64,000 bases of DNA from NCBI GenBank assembly GCA_944355355.1, contig CALVQE010000001.1, positions 69,351-133,350 of the forward strand. Direction: 5' to 3'. Shown here one piece after another: positions 9,654-18,318 of this stretch. Source of the stretch: an uncultured Bacilli bacterium (GTDB taxonomy: Bacteria; Bacillota_I; Bacilli_A; RF39; UBA660). The translations under genes were made by a program, and so were the position numbers. Under the pieces are notes generated by a model. That model did no database searches, had not been told where the DNA came from, and saw nothing but the letters and a program-made list of their open reading frames with translations. Numbering within the stretch: the first letter of the stretch is position 1; every line of letters starts with the position of its first letter.

Positions 9654-10486
9654 CTACTTTTCAAAACAAAACGATCTAATAAAAATTGAATATTTAAATT
9701 ATAATTTAACTCATCTAACAACTCAGATAAGTAATTCATTTGTTTAAAAAAATATTCTGTATCCTTTTTCAAAAGAAAACTTAAAGCTTCATACTCTTGA
9801 GATAACTCAGAACGCATCATTTTAACTTGATAAAATGATGCATAAATTTTAAACAAACTTTGAAACAAATAAAGCAATTCCTTACGATCATGAATAAGAG
9901 GTAATAGCACACTTCGATTATACAAAACAGCTTCATCACCAACAGATTCATATTCTTTAATATAATTTATAGCAATTGAATGCCATACCTTAGGTACAGA
10001 ATAAGATACAACTCCCTCATAATAATCTAAAATAATCTGACAACGACTACGAATAGTATCAATAATATTCTCTTTATTATTTGTTATAAAAAATCCTAAA
10101 ATATTATCCTCAGGTTCCTCTAAAAATTTTAAAATCGTGTTAGCACTTGATGCATTCAAAGATTCAGCATTCATAAACACGTACATATTGTATTTAGAAA
10201 ATGTAGGTTTTGTCTGAAAAGACTGCATCATATCTAAAACCTGTTCCTTTTTTATACTAAGGCCATCTGGACGAATCACAATTAAACTAGGAAGACTCAA
10301 AGAAGTAATAAGACGCTCTAATTTAGCATTCTCCTGCTCATCATCTGTCTCGTTAATTCTAGCTAAGAACAATAACAAATTTTCTAAACATTGTTCGATA
10401 TCATTCGTTTCAAGCAAAAAAGCATGAGATAGCTTGTTCTCATGAAATTCATTATAAAGTTCTTGAATTCCTTTACTTTTTTGCAT
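9650..10486 (-). CDS. holB: DNA polymerase III delta-prime subunit
   Basis: 278 aa, AAA-like with a degenerate P-loop (HAFLLETN). Conserved position between dnaX-recR and ricT. Confidence 0.7.
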   Translation of the reverse strand: MQKSKGIQELYNEFHENKLSHAFLLETNDIEQCLENLLLFLARINETDDEQENAKLERLITSLSLPSLIVIRPDGLSIKKEQVLDMMQSFQTKPTFSKYNMYVFMNAESLNASSANTILKFLEEPEDNILGFFITNNKENIIDTIRSRCQIILDYYEGVVSYSVPKVWHSIAINYIKEYESVGDEAVLYNRSVLLPLIHDRKELLYLFQSLFKIYASFYQVKMMRSELSQEYEALSFLLKKDTEYFFKQMNYLSELLDELNYNLNIQFLLDRFVLKSR

Positions 10487-10502
10487 TTTTTCTCACCCAT
10501 CA

Positions 10503-10697
10503 TTATTTTACTATAAAAAATAAAATAATTAAAGATGAAAGACCAGGTATTCCAAGTAAAGTAACAACTCCAACAGTTATAACATTAATAGGAATATAAA
10601 CATGCAAAGAGGAAATAAAATAATTTAATCCATACAACAATAAAAATGATACTACAATCTTTCTTAATACAGCAATGATTTTTTTAATCATAGGCAT
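10503..10697 (-). CDS. bofA: BofA-like small membrane protein (pro-sigma-K processing inhibitor family)
   Basis: C-terminal LHVYIPINVITVGVVTLLGIPGLSSLIILFFIV aligns with B. subtilis BofA LGIHVPINLVTTAISGILGIPGIAALVV. bofA lies after recR in B. subtilis as well. Confidence 0.7.
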   Translation of the reverse strand: MPMIKKIIAVLRKIVVSFLLLYGLNYFISSLHVYIPINVITVGVVTLLGIPGLSSLIILFFIVK

Positions 10698-10730
10698 TCC
10701 TCACAACAATATATGAAAAAAAATTCAGAA

Positions 10731-11339
10731 TTATTCTGAAATTACTTTTCTATCACTTAGGGCTTTATCCAAAGTAGTCATATCAAGATAATCAATTTCT
10801 GCTCCTATTGGCAAACCATAAGATAATCTTGAAATTTTTACATTTTTCTGTTCAAAAATCTTTTTAATATATAACGTCGTAGTTTCACCTTCAATAGAAC
10901 TTTTTAAAGCTAAAATCAACTCTGGAGTCTTTAAAGATTCAACTCGCTTAACTAATGACGATAAATTAATATCCTCTGCACCAATATCATCAATAGGTGA
11001 AATCAGTCCATTTAAAACATGATACACACCTCTAAAATTACCAGCTTTTTCAAAAGCAAATGCACTTTTATAATCCTCAATAACACAAATCAAATTGTGA
11101 TCGCGATTTTCATTAGCGCAAATAGTACAAATCTCACTATCAGTTAAATTCCCACAAATAGAACAAGGGTGCAAATCTTTTTTAGCCTTAACCAACTCAT
11201 TACTAAAAATCTCTATATCATCTACAGGCAAATTAAGTGTTGCCAAAGCCATTCTTTCAGCACTTTTTTCACCAACACCAGGTAATTTCTTATAAAATTC
11301 AATAATCTTATCCAAACTTTCAGGATAAACCGAATTCAT
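10731..11339 (-). CDS. recR: recombination protein RecR
   Basis: C4 zinc finger CSICGNLTDSEICTIC, Toprim domain. Confidence 0.95.
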   Translation of the reverse strand: MNSVYPESLDKIIEFYKKLPGVGEKSAERMALATLNLPVDDIEIFSNELVKAKKDLHPCSICGNLTDSEICTICANENRDHNLICVIEDYKSAFAFEKAGNFRGVYHVLNGLISPIDDIGAEDINLSSLVKRVESLKTPELILALKSSIEGETTTLYIKKIFEQKNVKISRLSYGLPIGAEIDYLDMTTLDKALSDRKVISE

Positions 11340-11340
11340 T

Positions 11341-11637
11341 TTACATTAATCCATCAAGCATACCAGCATATTGTCCCATTTTTGCTTGAAATTCCTTATC
11401 TATCTTAACTAAAGCATCTTTTTGAGCCAAAACAATAAAATCTTCTAACATCTCAATATCATCTTTATCTAAAGAATCTTTTTGAATAGAAATTTTAACC
11501 AATTCTTTTTTGCCATTCAAAGTTACTTCAACAAATTCATATTTCCCGGGAAATAATTGTGCATTAATTTCTTCTTTCTTTTTTTGCAAATCTCTTTGCA
11601 TTCTCTGTGCTTGAGCCATTATACTCTGCATATTCAT
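11341..11637 (-). CDS. ybaB: nucleoid-associated protein YbaB/EbfC
   Basis: 98 aa, conserved position between dnaX and recR. Contains one copy of the ATTTCCCGGGAAAT palindrome. Confidence 0.9.
   Translation of the reverse strand: MNMQSIMAQAQRMQRDLQKKKEEINAQLFPGKYEFVEVTLNGKKELVKISIQKDSLDKDDIEMLEDFIVLAQKDALVKIDKEFQAKMGQYAGMLDGLM
11541..11554. promoter_or_regulatory. Noc-binding-site-type palindrome ATTTCCCGGGAAAT, within a 19-mer shared with the other two copies at 11540-11558
   Basis: Inside the ybaB CDS, where it encodes LFPGKYEF in a different codon phase from the methyltransferase copy. Confidence 0.65.
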
Positions 11638-11657
11638 AAAAATCTCCTTCTTTCTAT

Positions 11658-13283
11658 CTAAACAATTTCTATTTTATCACGATTAAAAACATTTGTCGTG
11701 ATTTCTTCCAACTCAGAACCTTTTTTAGGCTTCATTTCATCTAAAACAGACTCATCCATTAACGAATACTCAAATTTTTGTTTTAATTTTGCTATGTACT
11801 CTTCCTTTTCTTTACGCCAATCTTGTTCACTTAAAGCAAAAAAATGAACAGTCTTATCAAAATAATGCTTTAATGCCCCCTCCATTTGATCTAATTTTGA
11901 ATTCAATATCTTAGCGGTACTCTCCAACTTAGAAGTAATCAAAATATAGTCAGAAGAAGCAGCAACTATTGAAAAATCTAAAACGTAAGAAGCAATATCA
12001 GGGTCGGTTACAGCATCATCTGAAATCTTCTTCCAATTTGCTTGATACTGAATCAAATATTCTTTTTTTGCACCACAAAAGCAGTTATTAACACGTATTT
12101 CGCGTAATTTTTGAAGATATTGATTTTCTTGATCTACAATTTTCATTTCTTCTTCTCTATTTCCTTGTTCTTGAATTGGGACTGATGATTCATTCGAGAC
12201 ATTCAAAATTGAGCTATTCACAACATTCAACTCAACCTTAAAAGGGTTATTTTGAATATCCCCCAAAAGAACTAAAAGAATCAATGAAAAAGGATTCATA
12301 TTAATATTAATCTTATTCAAAATATCATTAAATTTAAAAATCATATCTCGTACTTGCTTAAAAGAAAAATTACCACTATAATTACCAGTTTTAATTAAAA
12401 CAGCAATATGAGACAATTCCTGAACAACTTTTTTTATAAAAACCTTATAATCACTGGATGTACTTTCTAAGTCTTGAATAGCTTCAACAACTTTTGAAAC
12501 ATCATTGTTAGCTACAGACTCTAATAAATCCTTAATAAATTTTGAAGAAATAGATCCATAATTCTCCAATATTTTATCTAAAGTAATTTCTTCTTCATTA
12601 CTAGATAACTGATCTAACAAACTCAAAGCATCTCTCATACCACCTTCTGATAAAGATGCAATTTCAGAAACAGCTTCATCAGTAATTTTAATATTTTCTT
12701 CCTCACATACATATTTTATTTGCTTTTTTAAATTTTCTAAGGAAATCTTTTGAAAATTAAACCGTTGACAGCGTGACAAAATAGTAATTGGAACGCTCTC
12801 AACATTAGTAGTCGCCATAATAAAAACTGCATGCTTAGGAGGTTCCTCCAAAGTAAGTAACAAAGCATTAAAAGCACTTGTAGTCATCATATGAACCTCA
12901 TCAATAATATAAATTTTGTATTTACCTGTCGATGGAGCAATCTTTACATTATTAATAAGCTCTCTAATATCATCAACACCATTATTAGAAGCAGCATCAA
13001 TTTCAATAATATCAGGACTAGTTGCAAAAGATAAACAGTTAGTACATTCTCCACACGCCTCACCATCAATAGGATTTAAACAATTAATAGTCTTTGCAAA
13101 AACCTTTGCAGTAGAAGTTTTTCCTGTTCCCCTTGGACCAGTGAATAAATAAGCATGAGAAATCTTTTGATGAATAATAGCATTTTTCAACATTTGAATA
13201 GAATAATCTTGTCCAACAATATTAGAAAATCTATCAGGACGATATTTACGATATAACACCTTATAATTCATATAATTCACCAC
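11658..13283 (-). CDS. dnaX: DNA polymerase III tau/gamma subunit
   Basis: GPRGTGKTS Walker A, clamp-loader motifs, zinc module CGECTNC. Confidence 0.95.
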   Translation of the reverse strand: MVNYMNYKVLYRKYRPDRFSNIVGQDYSIQMLKNAIIHQKISHAYLFTGPRGTGKTSTAKVFAKTINCLNPIDGEACGECTNCLSFATSPDIIEIDAASNNGVDDIRELINNVKIAPSTGKYKIYIIDEVHMMTTSAFNALLLTLEEPPKHAVFIMATTNVESVPITILSRCQRFNFQKISLENLKKQIKYVCEEENIKITDEAVSEIASLSEGGMRDALSLLDQLSSNEEEITLDKILENYGSISSKFIKDLLESVANNDVSKVVEAIQDLESTSSDYKVFIKKVVQELSHIAVLIKTGNYSGNFSFKQVRDMIFKFNDILNKININMNPFSLILLVLLGDIQNNPFKVELNVVNSSILNVSNESSVPIQEQGNREEEMKIVDQENQYLQKLREIRVNNCFCGAKKEYLIQYQANWKKISDDAVTDPDIASYVLDFSIVAASSDYILITSKLESTAKILNSKLDQMEGALKHYFDKTVHFFALSEQDWRKEKEEYIAKLKQKFEYSLMDESVLDEMKPKKGSELEEITTNVFNRDKIEIV

Positions 13284-13615
13284 AATCTATCAACAATACA
13301 TATTGTACCAAGTCGCTAACGCGAAGTCCAGATTAAAGTGGATTATTACAATTTAGTAATCCAAAATTTTAATGTTTTTATTGATTAAATTTTCAAATCA
13401 GGTATAATAATCAACATAATCAGGAATATAAATAGTAGAAAAAAATACTTTTTCCTAAATAATGATCCTTAAGGATAATTGTTTTTTCGCTACCGACTGG
13501 GTACAATAACGTTAGAACATATTTGTTAATAAATTTTTTAGAGCATTACGAATTTGAAGTATTGTTTTTTTTTATTAACAAATATGCCATAACTTACTAT
13601 AAATTATAACATATA

Positions 13616-14026
13616 CTAACGAAATTTCTTAAAAAAATCAGAAAGAATTTTAGCATACATTAGTTCGACATCGTTATCAATTTTGGCGAAAATAGTTCGA
13701 TCAAATTCTTTTTTAAAAGACAATTTTGTTAACAAATAGTAAACATTTTTGATCCTGGCTTGCTTAATAACCTCTTTACACATATTACATGGCTCTAAAG
13801 TCACATATAACTCGCAATCAGCCAAATTCCAACGATTTAAGAACTTAGAGGCGCTCATTATAACGTTAATTTCAGCATGTCCTAAAACATTATGCTCTTT
13901 TTCTCGTGTATTATGAGCAAAAGCAATAATTTTTCCATCTTTAACCAAAATAGCCCCAATAGGAACATCACCAGTTTCTAAACTTTTCTTAGCTTCCTCG
14001 ATACATACATCAAAATATTCCTTCAT
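13616..14026 (-). CDS. tadA: tRNA-specific adenosine deaminase TadA
   Basis: HAE and PCNMC deaminase zinc motifs. Start placed at the internal ATG (MKEYFD) preceded by a GGGAG RBS. The 33-codon upstream extension in the ORF track lacks an RBS and runs toward the parS array. Confidence 0.85.
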   Translation of the reverse strand: MKEYFDVCIEEAKKSLETGDVPIGAILVKDGKIIAFAHNTREKEHNVLGHAEINVIMSASKFLNRWNLADCELYVTLEPCNMCKEVIKQARIKNVYYLLTKLSFKKEFDRTIFAKIDNDVELMYAKILSDFFKKFR

Positions 14027-14157
14027 AATATACTCCCATAAAAAAAGTGCACACAAACAGGGAATGATGTGGCTGCTATCTTCCGATCCTGACCAGATTA
14101 CACTATATTTGTTGCACGAATACATAATATCAAATATTCAAGTAAAAATCAATCCAA

Positions 14158-14173
14158 TGTTTCACGTGAAACA
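14158..14173. promoter_or_regulatory. parS: parS site TGTTTCACGTGAAACA
   Basis: Perfect 16-bp palindrome. Matches the Firmicute parS consensus TGTTNCACGTGAAACA 16/16. Confidence 0.9.
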
Positions 14174-14277
14174 TCTTATCAACATTTAAGATATTTGCCT
14201 ATGATTATATAAATTTTGATAAATTTAATTAATTTGTAAAACTAATTCCTATTTTAAATGATTAATACAAGAATATA

Positions 14278-14293
14278 TGTTTCACGTGAAACA
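14278..14293. promoter_or_regulatory. parS: parS site TGTTTCACGTGAAACA
   Basis: Perfect match to the parS consensus. Confidence 0.9.
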
Positions 14294-14597
14294 TTGTTAT
14301 TCACACAATAATAAAATAATTTAATCAAAATGTAACAAAAATTATTCATTAAAAGATATTCGTAATAAATTAAGAGATTACAAATAAGGATATTTGATCT
14401 TTATACGATCAAAAAAGTAAAGTTTAATAAAAAACTTTAATACATGCAAAAAAAATTACTATCATTTTGCTTAAATTATTGAATTTCTTATAAATAATTT
14501 GAAAATTGAAATTAATAAAAAAAATACAATTAACTATTTTTACATTCATATATTAAAATCAAGAATAAATTTAGTTATATAATTTTAATTATTATCA

Positions 14598-14613
14598 ATG
14601 TTTCACGTGAAAC
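14598..14613. promoter_or_regulatory. parS: parS site TGTTTCACGTGAAACA
   Basis: Perfect match to the parS consensus. Confidence 0.9.
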
Positions 14614-14719
14614 ATCTTATCAACATTTAGGATATTTAACTATAAATATACAAATTTTAATAATAATTAATAAATTATCCATAAATATTCTATATTTTAA
14701 ATGATTAATACAAAATATA

Positions 14720-14735
14720 TGTTCCACGTGAAACA
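14720..14735. promoter_or_regulatory. parS: parS site TGTTCCACGTGAAACA
   Basis: Identical to the B. subtilis parS consensus. Confidence 0.9.
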
Positions 14736-14881
14736 TTGTTATAAACATAGGCAATTAACTAATTATTAAACTGATTTTTTAATCACACTAAAAATATTAC
14801 TTAAAATAAATAATTATTGTATTAAATTATAAAAAATTGATATAAGTAAAAAGTATACTATTTATTTGCATTATTAATAAA

Positions 14882-14897
14882 TGTTTCACGTGAAACA
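14882..14897. promoter_or_regulatory. parS: parS site TGTTTCACGTGAAACA
   Basis: Perfect match to the parS consensus. Confidence 0.9.
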
Positions 14898-15002
14898 TCT
14901 TATCAACATTTAAGATATATGCCCATAATTATATAAATTTTGATAAAATTTAATAAATTTGTAAAATTAATTTCTATTTTGAACGATAAATACAAGGATG
15001 TA

Positions 15003-15018
15003 TGTTTCACGTGAAACA
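15003..15018. promoter_or_regulatory. parS: parS site TGTTTCACGTGAAACA
   Basis: Perfect match to the parS consensus. Confidence 0.9.
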
Positions 15019-15305
15019 TTGTTATTCACACAATAATAAAATAATTTAATCAAAATGTAACAAAAATTATTCATTAAAAGATATTTGTAATAAATTAAGA
15101 GATTACAAATATAGATATTTGAGCTTTATATAAAAAAACTTTAATACATGCAAAAAAGATTACTATTATTTATTTTGCTTAAATTATTGAATTTCTTATA
15201 AATAATTTGAAAATTGAAATTAATAAAAAGATACAATTAACTATATTTATTTTCATAAATTAAAATCAAGAATAAATTTAGTTATATAATTTTAAATATT
15301 ATCAA

Positions 15306-15321
15306 TGTTTCACGTGAAACA
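15306..15321. promoter_or_regulatory. parS: parS site TGTTTCACGTGAAACA
   Basis: Perfect match to the parS consensus. Confidence 0.9.
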
Positions 15322-15426
15322 TCTTATCAACATTTAGGATATTTAACTATAAATATACAAATTTTAATAATAATTAATAAATTATCCATAAATATTCTAT
15401 ATTTTAAATGATTAATACAAAATATA

Positions 15427-15442
15427 TGTTCCACGTGAAACA
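15427..15442. promoter_or_regulatory. parS: parS site TGTTCCACGTGAAACA
   Basis: Identical to the B. subtilis parS consensus. Confidence 0.9.
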
Positions 15443-15588
15443 TTGTTATAAACATAGGCAATTAACTAATTATTAAACTGATTTTTTAATCACACTAAAA
15501 ATATTACTTAAAATAAATAATTATTGTATTAAATTATAAAAAATTGATATAAGTAAAAAGTATACTATTTATTTGCATTATTAATTAA

Positions 15589-15604
15589 TGTTTCACGTGA
15601 AACA
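15589..15604. promoter_or_regulatory. parS: parS site TGTTTCACGTGAAACA
   Basis: Perfect match to the parS consensus. Confidence 0.9.
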
Positions 15605-15710
15605 TCTTATCAACATTTAAGATATTTACCTTAAATATACAAATTTTAATAATAATTAATAAATTATCCATAAATTATTTTATATTTTAAATAATTAATA
15701 CAAAAATATA

Positions 15711-15726
15711 TGTTCCACGTGAAACA
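15711..15726. promoter_or_regulatory. parS: parS site TGTTCCACGTGAAACA
   Basis: Identical to the B. subtilis parS consensus. Confidence 0.9.
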
Positions 15727-15819
15727 TTGTTATGCACATATAGGCATTTAACTAATTATTAAGTTATAATTTTATTTAAGATATTCATTTAAAAACAGTA
15801 CCAAAGTTAAATTTACGAA

Positions 15820-15835
15820 TGTTTCACGTGAAACA
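15820..15835. promoter_or_regulatory. parS: parS site TGTTTCACGTGAAACA embedded in a 26-bp perfect palindrome ACGAATGTTTCACGTGAAACATTCGT, 20 bp downstream of the gyrA stop
   Basis: Perfect match to the parS consensus. The extended palindrome spans 15815-15840. Confidence 0.9.
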
Positions 15836-15854
15836 TTCGTATAAAAAAAGAAGA

Positions 15855-18308
15855 TTACTCATCTTCCTTTTTTATACTAGCTTCATCTTCAGAAATATTA
15901 CTTTCCTCATGACCTACGATACTTATAGTAGATACAGTTTGATCATCTTTTAAATGAATAAGTCTAACACCTTGAGTGGCTCTTCCAAGAGTAGAAATTT
16001 GTTGTAAAGGCAAACGAATTAACATTCCTGTATCTGTAATAACTACAACATCTGAATTATCTTCAACAAGTTTAAATGCAGCAATAGTACCGTTTTTATC
16101 AGTAATATTCAACGCTTTAACACCCTTACTACCTCTACTAGTTTGTCTATAGTCACGAACATTTGTTTGCTTTCCATAACCTTTCTTAGTTACAATTAAG
16201 ATTTTATCATCATCTGTGGCAATTTCAGCCCCAATACATTCTTGATTATCCAAATTAATTCCACGAACTCCACTAGCAGTTCTTCCCATAACTCGAACAG
16301 CATCTTCATTAAATTTTACCATTCTTCCAGCATTAGAACCTAATAAAATCATATCATTTCCTGTTGTTTTTCGTACGCCAATAAGCTCATCTGAATCACG
16401 AAGTGAAATACATATCTTACCATTCGTTCTAATATTGTCAAATTCTTCTATTGCAGTTTTCTTTACTATTCCTTTGCGCGTAGCAAACAATAAATATTTT
16501 GCCGGATCATCTTTTGTAATCTTAATCATCGAATTAATCGATTCATCTTTATCGATTTGTAATAAGTTGATAACAGGTATTCCCTTAGATTGACGATTAA
16601 ATTCAGGCACTTCATAACCTTTCAAACGATAAACTTTACCCTTATTTGTAAAGAATAAAACATAATCATGCGTAGATAAAGTAAGTAAATGTTCCACAAA
16701 ATCTTCTTCATTGGTTCCCATACCTTTAACACCTACTCCACCACGATTTTGAGATTTAAATGTATCAACAGTTGTCCGTTTAATATATCCCTTGTTCGTA
16801 AGTGCAATCATAATGTTTTCTTCTGGAATTAATGACTCATCTTCGATATACTCAATAGCTGTCATATCAATATTAGTACGACGTTCATCAGCATATTTTT
16901 CCTTAATTTCCAATAATTCCTGTTTAATAATATCCAATACCAATTTCTCACTAGCTAAAATAGCTTTATATTCTTCAATTTTCTTCAATAATTCCGCCAA
17001 TTCAGCCTCAATTTTATCTTTCTCTAAGCCCGTTAAACGACGTAATCTCATTTCAAGAATTGCATCACTTTGAATTTCAGAAAGTCCAAATCGACTCATC
17101 AAAGCTTCTTTTGCTTCAACATCAGTTCTACTACCACGAATAATTTTTATTACCTCGTCAATATGATCTAAAGCAATCTTTAATCCCTCTAAAATATGAA
17201 CACGATCTTCAGCTTTCTTTAAATCATATTGTGTTCTTCGAACAATAACTTCTTTTTGGAAATCAATATATTTACTAATAATATCTTTTAAACCAAGTGT
17301 TTTAGGAACTCCTTGATCAATCATTAGCAAAATGATACCATATGAAATTTGAAAAGAAGTATGCTTATACAAATTATTCAATACAACTTGAGGATTAGCA
17401 TCCCTTTTTAAAGTAATTGTAATTTTAATACCATCTTTTAAATCAGAATGATAATCAGAAATACCATCAATCACTTTATTGTGAACAAGTTCAGCCACTT
17501 TATTTTTTAATTCCAAAGTATTAACACCATATGGAACCTCATCAAATATAATTTGATAACGACCATTCTTTTCTTCAATGCTTGCTTTACTTCGAATCGT
17601 AATTGTTCCACGACCTGTTTCATAAGCTTTCTTAATACCACTATTCCCTAAAATAGTTGCTCCCGTCGGAAAATCAGGACCTTTGATATACTGCATTAAT
17701 CCAAGTGTATCAATATCTGGATTATCAATATATGCAACACAGCCATCAATAACTTCACCCAAATTATGAGGAGGAATATTTGTTGCCATACCAACAGCAA
17801 TACCCATAGTTCCATTAACTAAAATATTAGGAAAACGACTAGGCAAAACCTCAGGTTCTTTCTCAGATTCATCAAAATTTGGAATCATATTAACAGTATC
17901 TTTGCCAATATCTCTTAATAGTTCACCGGAAATCTTAGCTAGTCTAGCCTCAGTATAACGCATTGCTGCCGCGCCATCACCATCCATATTACCAAAATTT
18001 CCATGACCATCAATCAAAGGACAACGATAACTAAAATCTTGAGCCATACGAACTAACGCTTCGTAAATAGAAGAGTCACCATGTGGGTGAAATTTTCCCA
18101 TAACATCACCAACAATACGAGCGCATTTTTTATGTTGCTTATCAGAAGTATAACCAGATTGATACATAGAAAATAAAATACGACGATGAACAGGTTTTAA
18201 ACCGTCTCGTAAATCTGGTAAAGCACGAGAAGTAATAACACTTACAGAATAATCAACAAAAGATTTACTAACCTCATTAACAATATTGTTTTGTTCAAGC
18301 TTATCCAT
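15855..18308 (-). CDS. gyrA: DNA gyrase subunit A
   Basis: 817 aa, active-site Tyr region [15 protein letters not shown]-like segment, C-terminal beta-pinwheel repeats. Confidence 0.97.
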   Translation of the reverse strand: MDKLEQNNIVNEVSKSFVDYSVSVITSRALPDLRDGLKPVHRRILFSMYQSGYTSDKQHKKCARIVGDVMGKFHPHGDSSIYEALVRMAQDFSYRCPLIDGHGNFGNMDGDGAAAMRYTEARLAKISGELLRDIGKDTVNMIPNFDESEKEPEVLPSRFPNILVNGTMGIAVGMATNIPPHNLGEVIDGCVAYIDNPDIDTLGLMQYIKGPDFPTGATILGNSGIKKAYETGRGTITIRSKASIEEKNGRYQIIFDEVPYGVNTLELKNKVAELVHNKVIDGISDYHSDLKDGIKITITLKRDANPQVVLNNLYKHTSFQISYGIILLMIDQGVPKTLGLKDIISKYIDFQKEVIVRRTQYDLKKAEDRVHILEGLKIALDHIDEVIKIIRGSRTDVEAKEALMSRFGLSEIQSDAILEMRLRRLTGLEKDKIEAELAELLKKIEEYKAILASEKLVLDIIKQELLEIKEKYADERRTNIDMTAIEYIEDESLIPEENIMIALTNKGYIKRTTVDTFKSQNRGGVGVKGMGTNEEDFVEHLLTLSTHDYVLFFTNKGKVYRLKGYEVPEFNRQSKGIPVINLLQIDKDESINSMIKITKDDPAKYLLFATRKGIVKKTAIEEFDNIRTNGKICISLRDSDELIGVRKTTGNDMILLGSNAGRMVKFNEDAVRVMGRTASGVRGINLDNQECIGAEIATDDDKILIVTKKGYGKQTNVRDYRQTSRGSKGVKALNITDKNGTIAAFKLVEDNSDVVVITDTGMLIRLPLQQISTLGRATQGVRLIHLKDDQTVSTISIVGHEESNISEDEASIKKEDE

Positions 18309-18318
18309 ACACTACCTC

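Larger units (their letters stand above)
14158..15835. repeat. non-coding AT-rich higher-order tandem repeat carrying 11 parS sites, a centromere-like array
   Basis: The units are A (14158-14597), B (14598-14881), A' (14882-15305), B' (15306-15588) and a truncated B'' (15589-15819). Each holds two 16-bp parS palindromes 120-122 bp apart centre to centre. A and B are diverged copies of an ancestral unit of about 350 bp. No ORF over 60 aa. Confidence 0.85.

Noticed and set aside
13284-13615. SRP RNA (scr) call based on synteny with B. subtilis
   Set aside because: The domain IV hallmark GGAAGCAG with its GNRA loop was not found on either strand. Kept only as an unclassified candidate RNA.
13616-14125. 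Long tadA ORF starting at 14125
   Set aside because: The N-terminal 33 residues (MYSCNKYSVIWSG...) are not TadA-like and lack an RBS. The internal ATG at 14026 has a GGGAG RBS.
14126-15855. CRISPR array interpretation of the regularly repeated sequence block
   Set aside because: The repeats are palindromic parS sites with irregular spacings of 93-320 bp. There are no unique spacers of uniform length, no leader, and no cas genes. The block is a higher-order tandem repeat.
14126-15855. This AT-rich repeat block as the replication origin
   Set aside because: No DnaA boxes were found in it. The DnaA-box clusters flank dnaA at 23.1-25.1 kb, where the strand switch also occurs.
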